A stretch of DNA of 63,091 nucleotides, filler included, from Globobulimina sp. (taxonomy: Eukaryota): the NCBI GenBank assembly GCA_003354225.1. It is 40 parts of 40 records of this genome, joined end to end, with 100 filler letters (N's around TTAATTAATTAA, not from the genome) between each part and the next. Parts side by side here need not be neighbours in the genome. Positions count along the whole stretch, not along the records: positions 34,769 to 36,248 come from PIVH01016020.1; positions 36,349 to 37,827 come from PIVH01016021.1; positions 37,928 to 39,406 come from PIVH01016022.1; positions 39,507 to 40,985 come from PIVH01016023.1; positions 41,086 to 42,564 come from PIVH01016024.1; positions 42,665 to 44,143 come from PIVH01016025.1; positions 44,244 to 45,722 come from PIVH01016026.1; 33 more parts are not named here. One strand, given 5' to 3'. Within the stretch, counting starts at the first letter, position 1; each line of letters opens with the position of its first letter. A program made the position numbers and the translations under genes. The notes below the pieces were generated by a model, which worked only from the letters and a program-made list of their open reading frames with translations, did no database searches and was not told the origin of the DNA. Below are positions 34,769-45,822 of this stretch, piece by piece.

Positions 34769-35958
34769 AAATACGCACAAAACATACATACCATAATGGC
34801 CGGCACCGCGATGGGTACACTCCGCATCAACGCCGTCACCGTCGCCGCGGCATTGGCGTCCATTGTTTTTTTGCCCGTATACTGCTTTCCAGGTAAACAC
34901 ATATTTGGTTTCAACAACGAGCATTCCAACAAAACGTGGCTGTCAGACAACGCCTTATAGCACGCTGCGAGTACCTTTTCTGTCCAATACTGGTTCACTT
35001 GCAACGAATGGTCGCCATCCATCAATATCTCCGGCTCCACAATCGGCACCAAACCATTTGCCTGGCAGATGGCGGCATATCTGGCTAATCCGAGCGCATT
35101 TTCTCGGATCGCAGTCTCGGACATATAGCCATTATTTATCACCAACACAGCTCTCCATTTCGCAAAACGAGCGCCGGCCGCATAATATTGCTTTGCTCGC
35201 ACAGCCAAATCGGACAGTCCTTGCGTATATTGCTCGCCTGGACAGCCTTGCAAGTCTCGCGTGCCCTAAATACAAATCAAACAATTTATTAAATCAATAA
35301 TATACAATTTATATATATATACTGTAACTTTATCCACTTTAATGCCGACGATCACGCCTTGTTTCTTCAACACATCGACGAAAGGAGTGCCATTTCGCGC
35401 TTTTTGATGCAATGTTTCTTCGCATAATATCGCACCGCAAATATACTCAGCAATGCCGGGTGCGGTGAATAATAATTCTCTGTATTTCTGGCGGTTTCTC
35501 TCTTCGTTGGCTACGTTGATCATCGCCAAACGTTTCCCGATTGTCCCGGTCGACTCGTCCGCAGCCAATATGCCTTTGCCTCGCGTTCCAATTATTTTTG
35601 CCGTCGAACGCATCTCGGTTTCGAACGGGTTTCTGCTGAATGCGAATGCCGACATTGGCCCTGGTTCTGACTCTTTCTTTTCTTCTTCTTCGCTCTGCGT
35701 AACATTCCAAAGATAGGTATGCCATTTTTTCATGCCATCTAATTTAAAGAATGCGATTTCTGAGGTATTGCCTTCTTTAAAATGGCATAAATACTCTTTC
35801 CCATCAATGGGTTTCTTATTATTCTCGACACAAAATCCAATGCAATTTGCTAATTTCTGGGCATAGGCTTTGGCTTTGGAGAGGGTCATATAGTTCTTTT
35901 CCAGGGTTAATGTGGACGGTATGTTGCATTGTGGCCTGTACTCGAAGGAGTCGCTCAT
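34769..35958 (-). CDS. Class I fructose-bisphosphate aldolase with extra N-terminal domain (intron 35266-35328; second intron from 34791; 3' partial)
   Basis: [45 protein letters not shown] (Schiff-base Lys). Confidence 0.95.
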
Positions 35959-36348
35959 TTTCTTGTGGATCCGGAAGGGAGTATCAGTATGCCAACGACT
36001 TCAAAAGTTTTCTTGCTTAATGACTTCAAAAATTGACAATGCCTGACAACGATTGACAAAAATTGCAATTAAACAAACAAAATTACTCAAAAAATATACT
36101 AATTATATCGTTAAAAATACTTAGAAGAAATTAATTAAACTAAAAAAAATTAATCACATTATTGCGACTGTACTTGAACAGGAACAACATCACCTTCTTG
36201 TTGTTCAACCTGTGGCTCAATTTCTTGATTGTCATTTCAATCCTCATCNNNNNNNNNNNNNNNNNNNNNNNNNNNNNNNNNNNNNNNNNNNNTTAATTAA
36301 TTAANNNNNNNNNNNNNNNNNNNNNNNNNNNNNNNNNNNNNNNNNNNN

Positions 36349-37826
36349 GACTCTTTCTTGGACAATTTATAAATATACGTTTTCCGCGCATTCTCATGGT
36401 CCGCCAATGACAGTTGCGATAAACACAATGATTTTTTCCACGATCGCATCACCCAAAAACCAGCCTGCAATGCCTTGCTTCGCCCAAATAAATAGCCACA
36501 ATGGCACACTGCTAACGAGATAAACGTATAACACTTATCCAAATAGCCACTTTTCACAAACATATCACACGTAATTGCATCGCGCGCAATAATGCCGCCT
36601 AAACTATGCGTTATAAATGACAAACGACACAACTTATGCCGTTGGGAGATAATATTCAATTGGATAAATTCAATGATTTCCGCGGCTAAACGTCGCCCCA
36701 TTCCATGGATATCCCCTTCGGTATTCCCGTCATTCTCATTCGATTCGCTCATTAAAAACAAATCATTGGGGCATTTCACCAGCAAATGGTTGCGAAACAT
36801 GCGCATATCCCAGGAATTGCCCTGATAGCCATGGACCAACACAAATAAATGCTTGCCGCAACATTCATGATCGGTATCCCGGTCTCGCTCCACATCGACG
36901 TCCCTTTTCTTTTTTTTCTTACAATTCTTCTTTTCTTCCTTATGCTCCCTTATGATCACCGGCGGCTTTCTGTTATTATCCGTCGACGACACCGATGATA
37001 TATCGTCCGATTGTAAGTGCTCATTTATATTGGATTTATTGCCTAAATTAATGTGCAATGAGTCGTTCATAGTCATGGACGGCAATCCGACATCGTTATC
37101 ATCCAAAGATCTCTTACGCACTGCGCCGACATTCTCATTCTCCTCTTTTTTGTGCTTTTTCTTTCTGTGCACCACAATGAAGCCTTTTTTATTTTTCTTA
37201 AACTTATTTCGAAATTTGTTCTCTTTGTTAGGCGTGACAGGAATATGTGGAATATGCGCCAATAAGCGGTTGTGCCGATTATCCGGCAAATTGTAGGTCT
37301 GTTCGAAGATAACTGCCTGCTTTTTAGGGTCGATCATATAAATAATATCCTGCAACGGCGGTGCTTCCAATTGGTTTAAAGTGGACTGATTGCGCACTTT
37401 GCGAGATATCATCTCGTGTTCGGACAAGGACGTGGAGACAACGCGGAGCCGGGCACGAACAGTCAAGGTCTCTCGGAAGATGCAGGACCCTCATCGCTCT
37501 ACGAAGGTTTTCTCCCATTCGTACAATAACTGCCGAGTTACCAATCGCTTGCAATATGGGATGATGGACAGGAAAAAATGCCAGATTCGGAACACCTGAC
37601 CAGCGATTTTATGCACATCCTCGCCTATGATATGGCACATTTTACGCCCGGTCATCTCTGCTTTTTCAGCCGCACTGAATCTATCCGACATGGCGATGAT
37701 GCCGTATTTTTTAGCAAAGTTCTCGGTATTTTCGGCAATGAAGGAGGAGGAATTGATGAGTGAGGGCATGGAGGGTGCTCTGTATCCATTGGATTCGAAT
37801 AATTCCAACGATGTGCTGGTGAGTGT
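36349..37826 (-). CDS. FAM135-like protein with DUF676 serine hydrolase domain (partial; in-frame TGA at 37491-37493)
   Basis: HLFVLVHGYQGNSWDMR, SNE...TEGDI..MG.RLA.E, SFITHSLGG, HCGY, G.W.M..WKKS..L.QL. Confidence 0.85.
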
Positions 37827-37928
37827 GNNNNNNNNNNNNNNNNNNNNNNNNNNNNNNNNNNNNNNNNNNNNTTAATTAATTAANNNNNNNNNNNNNNNNN
37901 NNNNNNNNNNNNNNNNNNNNNNNNNNNC

Positions 37929-38396
37929 GAAATTGAAATATTCAATTTAAAAAAAGATATTTATGAATTTAAAAAAAAGCAGAGCAGGAAATTTAAGAAA
38001 ATAAACAAAAATAATTTGGATTTATTAAATTGGGATAAGTGGAATTGTGATGATATAATACAATGGATATTATCATTAAAACATGGCAAATATTTAAAAT
38101 ATGAAAATGAATTATATCATATGTTGCCAATTGAAAATGTTCGGGGAAATGAGTTACATTTAATAAATAAAAGTGATTTAATGCATTTTGGCATAAATAA
38201 TAGTGACGACAGAAATGAATTAATTGAGAGCATTAAATTATTGACGAGTAATAAAAGTGATAATTTCGAGGAATTATCGCCGCCACCGATGGCATTTAAT
38301 AATAATCAAAACCAGAATGGGCCCCTATCTGTGCCGTATCTACCACCACACCAACATCAGGAAGAAGGCATTGTGAATGTTAATGACAATCAGTAA
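37929..38396 (+). CDS. Coiled-coil + SAM-domain protein (5' partial)
   Basis: WNCDDIIQWI..L....Y..Y, ENVRG.EL..I.K.DL..FGI....DR..L...IK.L. Confidence 0.8.
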   Translation, partial: EIEIFNLKKDIYEFKKKQSRKFKKINKNNLDLLNWDKWNCDDIIQWILSLKHGKYLKYENELYHMLPIENVRGNELHLINKSDLMHFGINNSDDRNELIESIKLLTSNKSDNFEELSPPPMAFNNNQNQNGPLSVPYLPPHQHQEEGIVNVNDNQ

Positions 38397-38716
38397 TTGT
38401 ATTATATTTTTGTAGGCATACTTTCAGTCAGCGTTCTTGTACACAGTACGAACAAAATGACGCAAGTTACAAGGAGACGGATATGTACTTTCTCGCAAAC
38501 CTGGCAACACGTTTTTGTTTACATCTGTACATTTGTTGCCAGGTTCTTTTATACGTTTTGTATATGAAGCATATACGCGATGTTGTTTTAAATCTGAATT
38601 TTAAGATTTATTCTGGCCGTATCTTTCATTGAAAATTAATTAAAATTAAAAAGTACTATAAATTAACAATAATTACAATCAAGTCTAAATTTAATTGGAT
38701 GCACGAGATTAATGGA

Positions 38717-39241
38717 TCAATATTCTTGCGGTTGTGATTGCGATTGAGTTTGCTTACAACATTTTGTGTAAATTACGCCAGCAATTATAAATTGGAAAAT
38801 AATCCAGAAAACAGAGATTGTTTTAAGTTTTTCGATATGATAAGTTTGGGAGTTTGCTTCTTTGAATGATTCTGAAGCAATGGCAAATAACATAAATAAG
38901 TACATCGAGTACATAAATACTGTAATTAACACATAATGATATTTTTGTTTTGCAATACAAATAATGGCAAATAAAGAAAATGCAAAAATCGCAATAAAAT
39001 ATAATGAATAATGATTATTTAAAATATATCCGCCCATAATTATTGGTATACATTCAAACACAACGAATAAAATGCCAATAATTATTTTTGCTGCGTCCAT
39101 ACTCGATGCTTCGTCAAACATCGAACCTATAGTAGGAGAAGGACCACCTGCATTATTATATTCATTTGTTTCTGTATCATAATGTGCCTTCGTTGCTGAT
39201 TTATTCAATAGATTTTCTTCTTCTGTTTTGTCTATGGACAT
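38717..39241 (-). CDS. Four-TM membrane protein of unknown function
   Basis: 174-aa ORF, polar N-terminus and four hydrophobic stretches. Confidence 0.65.
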   Translation of the reverse strand: MSIDKTEEENLLNKSATKAHYDTETNEYNNAGGPSPTIGSMFDEASSMDAAKIIIGILFVVFECIPIIMGGYILNNHYSLYFIAIFAFSLFAIICIAKQKYHYVLITVFMYSMYLFMLFAIASESFKEANSQTYHIEKLKTISVFWIIFQFIIAGVIYTKCCKQTQSQSQPQEY

Positions 39242-39506
39242 GGTGTCAAGTACTCAAGTTTTTGAGAAAGATATTTTCCAAAAACAATATTTGTTAATTT
39301 TTGTAAATGATTTGTATGAATCTAAATAGGAATTGTCACCAATTAATCCATGTCAATCCTTCTAGTTTCTATTGGGGAGATGTCCATTTTTTTGAAAAAG
39401 TCTTATNNNNNNNNNNNNNNNNNNNNNNNNNNNNNNNNNNNNNNNNNNNNTTAATTAATTAANNNNNNNNNNNNNNNNNNNNNNNNNNNNNNNNNNNNNN
39501 NNNNNN

Positions 39507-40756
39507 ATATTCTCTTTGTTTGCTTCTTGAATACCATGCATTATCTGCATTGATTTCCTTTTTTTGCCACATTGTCGAATGGATTTACTATTTGTGTTCG
39601 TATTCGAGTTCGTATCGTTTAACTCGTCCATATCGGATAACAATTCCGTTTCTGTTAAAACAGCCCTTTGCCGAATACAATCAATCTTTTTCTCATTATT
39701 AGTATTTATTTTATTATGACTTGGTTTCACTGACTGTAGCTCCTCAAATGTCTCATTAATTATTATTGCTTCGCGTGACTGTGACTGTGAGCTCTCATAT
39801 ATGGAGCCTTGATTACTGTCACTTTGTTGCTTGTGCTCTGGTATAATTTGTGTGGGCAAATCCCTTTCATCAAAGCCATTGTCAGCCACATGCACATCCT
39901 TACAATTATTTATTTCATTCGTCTGTGTTTGTGTAGGTATTATTTGTGTTGATATGTATTCACTGTTATTGTGGTTATCATTATATGCAAGGTTTTGATT
40001 ACAGGAAATTTGCTCAATTAATTGTGTGGCACTCTCAACTTCATTGGCTATCTCGTTCTCGTTCTCGTTGATATTAAATCCAATAATGGCCTGCGACTCT
40101 GTTGGCTCTGTATTTACACCAAAGCCTAAGTAAAAATTATCAGCCTCATTCTTATCTTGCTGATGATCCATATTATTGTCATTATCATTATTATTGTATA
40201 GATGTTCGGGAAAGGCCAATGTGCCGACTTCTAATGAAGCCAATTTATTATCGTTTACTTTCTTCATTGAAAATGTTTTATCATCGCCTTGTTCCTCATC
40301 CATATCGTCTTCTGTTTGCATGACTGTTAAGGCATCGTCATCATCATTGTTATAATTATAATTATTTTCATGTGTTTCTTGAATATATTGCGATGGTGGA
40401 AGAGTGGCAGGTAACTCGTTGATATTTGCATGATGGCTTTCATTCGATTCGTCATTGTCTGATTGCAGTGTCTCTGCAATTAATATTGCATTTGTATCGT
40501 TTTTATGGTTATGTGTTGACTCAATTTGCTGTAATCTGTGTTGGAGAGATGCAATAAATTGAGCTTGCTGCGTTTGTGTTGTGTGCGCTGTTTGTATCTG
40601 TGTCTGCAATGCGTGCATTTGTGACTGCAAATATGTTTTATTTTCTTCCCGTGTTGACTGCATACGTGATAGTAACAGAGTAAACAATGTCTGCCAATCT
40701 GAACAACATTGTTCAAATATCTGTTGGATTTGTGGATCCATTTTTATTGATGACAC
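39507..40756 (-). CDS. Disordered acidic protein with N-terminal coiled coil and S/TQ cluster (3' partial)
   Basis: ORF of over 400 aa; STQII, PTQTQ, PTQII, ATQL, SQSQSQ; basic KKRK near the end. Confidence 0.7.
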
Positions 40757-41085
40757 AATTAAAAGGGAACAGACATGTTTAAAATGTATTTGTAAAGTTT
40801 TGATTTTGTAAATCTAAAACTTTCCTCAACACTCCATTTTGGATGATAAGCTGGAAATTGATAAATAGGGAAGGAAAATAGGTTAATAATAAAATGTTAA
40901 TGGTTCCCGATGAAACACAACCTTTAAGAATTCAATTTTGACTTTCAATGTTTTTATTTTGAATAATCTGTAAAAAACTGTAAATNNNNNNNNNNNNNNN
41001 NNNNNNNNNNNNNNNNNNNNNNNNNNNNNTTAATTAATTAANNNNNNNNNNNNNNNNNNNNNNNNNNNNNNNNNNNNNNNNNNNN

Positions 41086-42501
41086 ATCCGGACCTATATA
41101 GTTTAATAACTGAGTCACATCACAGTCCACCGAGCTATAATTATACACCAAATTGAAATCGTCTTTCAATATATTTTCACCGTCGTTAAATACGCGTTGT
41201 GTGTCCGAGTTGTACGTATATCGGATATCTTCATCAGGATTAAGACGGATATACGCTGCATCTGCAAAATAATAGTATTGATACGTCGCTTCCACGGATT
41301 CGTAATATCGCAGATTAGCTCTCGATGCTTCATACAACGATTTGGAATAAATAATGTCGCCGCAAACTACTGCTGCGCCGGAAAGTAATTCTGTAATAAA
41401 TGGGGAATCAGCAAAACATGGGTCAATCATTGCAAATTTTAATATTAAATGAATATCCGTGTCAATGATAAACAACCCCCAAAACAACGTCACTAATTCA
41501 GCCAAATACCACAGTATCAGCAAAACCGCAATAAACCAGATTTTCGATAATCTTTGCAACTGAACGCGTATTTTCGTAGTTAAACGAGTCGAAGTCATCA
41601 CATATGGCCCACCAATAAATATCATCAACGCCATATAGAAACAGTACGCAGAGCCCAAAAAATTCGCTCTTTCATAGATTTCCCATAAAATCTGATTAGC
41701 GCCGTCTGCAATCTCTTCGTAATCAATATGTGAAAAATTTGAAAATTGTGAAGTATCCCATTGTTCGCCTTCGAATAATAATCCATTGGATACATCTGAA
41801 CATATTCAATTACTAATGTAGTTTGCTGAAATGGTGGAATCAAACATACCCAGATCCACACTGCCACAGTCAATGGTGACCCAAGCACACGTCTCGCACC
41901 ACACGCATTTCCCATTGGGGTGACAGACCCATTTGGTCTGTCTGCAGGTTGACAGATCAATTAGCTCTCCCTCACTCGTTCTGTATGGTACAGGGAATTT
42001 AGTGCCTTCTGTCTCCACTTTGCCGCCATCATAAGTACACATAGCCAGCCCTTGAAACAACAGTAATACGCCGGGATCCTGGCAGAAATATGTTTGATTA
42101 TTTTCAGGAAGAGTACAGTTCACAGAACCAGCAAAACAATTCTTTGTTAAGTTTGTGTCATTCTGCATTAATACGGAAAATAAATAGCTTTCCTCAATAA
42201 AGGAAGGGATGGCAGTTTCTTTGTATTTGTAACTATATTTAGCAACACCTGCATGGTAAAAAGCTGTCGTTATATTCTTTGATTTTGGCCCAATTGGTTG
42301 TAAATAGTAATAATTCGTAATTTGTTTGTAGTCTTCTAAATATTTATCGACTTTCTCAGCTTTGCTTTTGCACATTTTACCAACTTTGAAATTGACTAAA
42401 TTGAGGGTAAAACCAATGAGACCGATTAATACCAAAATAATGGCCAATGAGACGGAGGGTATCCATTTACGATTTTCTTTCTTGATTTGATAGCCGGGCA
42501 T
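41086..42501 (-). CDS. Multi-pass membrane protein with Cys-rich loop (3' partial; in-frame TGA at 41806-41808)
   Basis: The 41806-42501 and 41038-41658 ORFs share a frame and the intervening 49 codons are open. Confidence 0.65.
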
Positions 42502-42664
42502 TTGGATAATGCGGGATTTGTATGGAGTGGCTTTTATTTGTAAGGAACACGATTCTTTACATACNNNNNNNNNNNNNNNNNNNNNNNNNNNNNNNNNNNN
42601 NNNNNNNNTTAATTAATTAANNNNNNNNNNNNNNNNNNNNNNNNNNNNNNNNNNNNNNNNNNNN

Positions 42665-44143
42665 GGATACCATGTCTTGTCTTGTGGCAAAATAACTTTC
42701 CATAATTGTTTTCCATTTGATTTAAATATCAACGTCGATGTTTGCCAAAAATATTCTATAACCACAGCAATATTTGGTTGCATTACTGCTGGATATTGCC
42801 GATCTGTCGTCTTTTTTCCATCCACATACACTTTATTGACTGCTGTTGTTATTCCATATGAATGATATCCAGAAATACCTGGGTCAGAACCTTTGACTGA
42901 TGGGTCAGAAATAACTCCCATGAAATTGCATTCATGATAAGTTGTATTATATTGTTCAAAAAGAACTTGCCATCGAGTACTTGCAACATTTAAATTATTC
43001 CTAACCAATGGTTTTGTCATTGCAGCCATAGAAGAACAAGAGTCCATATTAACAGTATATTGATTAATAAATATTATATCCTCCCATCCTAGCTTTTCGC
43101 AACGATTTTTTATCAAAAACACCATCATAATTAACGATCGCGACAACCTTATTCTTTGTCCTTTGTTTGAATATATTGTGTGCCACGAACTTATTCCATC
43201 CATATTCGTTATATGCCCGACTCAATAAATAATACATTGTGTTTGCCATTAAATTGTCAACTTTTATCACCGGATTTGAGGCCGCAACGCTTTTTGTGCA
43301 AATAATGATATTTTCATCTTTTTTTTCATCTAAATCCAAATCAGCATTTAATTGAACTCTTAATTCATACTTAACATTTTTTATTGCAATTGGTTGTTTG
43401 CCAGCTTTTTCTAATTTGATTGTCATAGAATTGGTGCCAACATTTTGAATAATTATCTTTGGTGGAAACGGCGTCTCGAATCCAAGAATGTAACCAAATG
43501 ATTTTATTTCTGTAAGTAATGTCTTTTGGAAATTAAATGATATTTTTGGTCTTGTTTTTAATTCCATTTTATGCAAATTATTCACATTAATTTCTTTTTC
43601 AACAATGGACGAAATAAAAGTATTTCGTTGTTGTGCTGCTTCATTATTTTCCAACATATTGTTATATTTAATATTTGCTTCACTTAATGTTTTGCGATGA
43701 TTTTGTAATAAAATATATTCATTTTGGATAATTCTTTCTTTTTCAGTGCATTTCGATTTTAATATATTTTCTAATTCTTTTTGACGACTTTTTAATGTTT
43801 GCATTGCAGTATTAACCGTATTGGATATTTTGTTCATTTCTCGTTGTTTTGAGTTATTTAATGTTTTCAATGCGACTTTAAATTCATTTTCTTTCTCCTC
43901 GATGTCTTTAATTCGTTCATTTAATATTTTTGCACATTTTTCTTCTTTTTCTGTCATAATAATTTTAATTACGTTTGGTGGCGGTGCGCCTTTTCCTGAT
44001 TTTTTTCTTTTTTTATCCAAAGCATTCCATAATTTAGAAAAGAACAAAGTATTCAATCCTAAATCCTTCAGAACCCAATTTTTTAAATCTTCTTTCTTCA
44101 TTTCCAGCAAATCATTCATTGTCACATCATCATCGTCTTCAAT
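42665..44143 (-). CDS. SAM-like + coiled-coil + FN3 + SPRY-like protein, frameshifted near 43070 (partial)
   Basis: LLEMKKEDLK.W...LGL; long coiled coil; PFPPKI..VGTNS...NL.ANT.Y...RAYN.YGW (FN3); FMGVIS...TLIFKSNG...WY (SPRY-like) in the adjacent frame. Confidence 0.65.
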
Positions 44144-44243
44144 NNNNNNNNNNNNNNNNNNNNNNNNNNNNNNNNNNNNNNNNNNNNTTAATTAATTAAN
44201 NNNNNNNNNNNNNNNNNNNNNNNNNNNNNNNNNNNNNNNNNNN

Positions 44244-44434
44244 ATATTCCAAAACACAAATGATGATAATGCTATATCTACTGTTGCCATAATATCCAAA
44301 TTATCAAATTGTTCATCATATACTATATCTGTTTCGCCATCGTTTATTGTGAATTTTTCTTTTGCGCCATTTATTGCATATACATTGCATAAGATTGTAA
44401 GAATGACAGCATAAAACAAGTTGTTAATCATCAT
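44244..44434 (-). CDS. Secreted protein N-terminus (3' partial)
   Basis: MMINNLFYAVILTILCNVYA signal-like leader, open to the contig edge. Confidence 0.45.
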
Positions 44435-44490
44435 CTCAGGAAAATTGAACTTAGAAGTTTTAGCCAAACGCGAAAAATTGCCCACAAACC

Positions 44491-45722
44491 ATGGGAAATA
44501 ATATTATTTTTAATGTAGACGACAAAAATAAAAAAACACACAAATCGCAATCAAAAAAAAACAAGAAAAAGCAAGATAGTAATCAAAAAAAAATAAATGA
44601 ATCAAATAAACCACCATTGCAAACACAACCAAAACTACCAAAACTACCAAAACTACCAAATTTTCAACCAGCAAGATTGAGGGAACAATTTTCTCTTAAA
44701 TGTGGTGTATTGGATGAAGGTGACTCTGAATTCGAATCTGAAGAAAAAAAGGGTGAAGATGAAGATGAATCAATTATTGACCAAGCATTATCACAAGAAT
44801 TGTTATTATGCCATCATGATATTAATCTCACGCAAATTAATAAAATATTGCAGTTAATACAGACAGAAAACAACAATCAATTATTGTCATTTTTCATTGA
44901 CGCATTACATTTAATACAATGTGAGCAAATATGTAATAATATCGATAATTTACAAACAACCACACAATTTGTTGAGAAATATGCAATTCACAAACATAAA
45001 AATTTTATAAATTATCCAAATGAATTCTTTACAACAATCTATCAGCAATGTTATGTTCATAATATATTATATATAATTATGTTGTCTATGTATACAAACT
45101 AATTAATATTTAGATTGCAATTTTGTAGGAAGAGAGGCGTTGACATCCACCACAAGATACAAAATAAGCGATAACATGTCAACATTCATGAGTTATACAT
45201 TTGGAATGAATGCCGCAATCCGCCAATATATAAAACCTGAGCCCCCGATATGTCCATTAATTATCGATTTGTGGATAATACCAAATAAAGTAATTGATGC
45301 CAATGATGAACAATTCATTCCCAATGATATTGGTAATATAAATATTCGTTTAAAACAAAACAAAACAACATTTATTTTTAAACGATGCGTACCTCAAAAC
45401 ACTAAGAAATTCACAAAACAAATTACTGATTGTTTGTCGAATAAAAACATCAGAACTGAAATGCACAAAAAACAATTAAAACGAATGATATTTATTATTG
45501 ATCGAAGATATAACAAAGTATTTGATAAATTATACTGCATATTACCACCCAAAGAATATGCCACTTTACCATCGCATCCATCGTTTGATATTTTAAATAT
45601 AAGTCATTGGTATTGCACATCAAAATATTTATTACCTCATACCTCACGCTATGATAATCACAATAATCACATCGGGTCATCCACCAATTTAAAAGGTTAT
45701 ATGTTTAACTTATCTTACTTAA
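44491..45722 (+). CDS. Hypothetical protein, intron about 45050-45113 (3' partial)
   Basis: Two long ORFs joinable by a GT-AG intron; PKL tri-repeat and acidic tract. Confidence 0.6.
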
Positions 45723-45822
45723 NNNNNNNNNNNNNNNNNNNNNNNNNNNNNNNNNNNNNNNNNNNNTTAATTAATTAANNNNNNNNNNNNNNNNNNNNNN
45801 NNNNNNNNNNNNNNNNNNNNNN

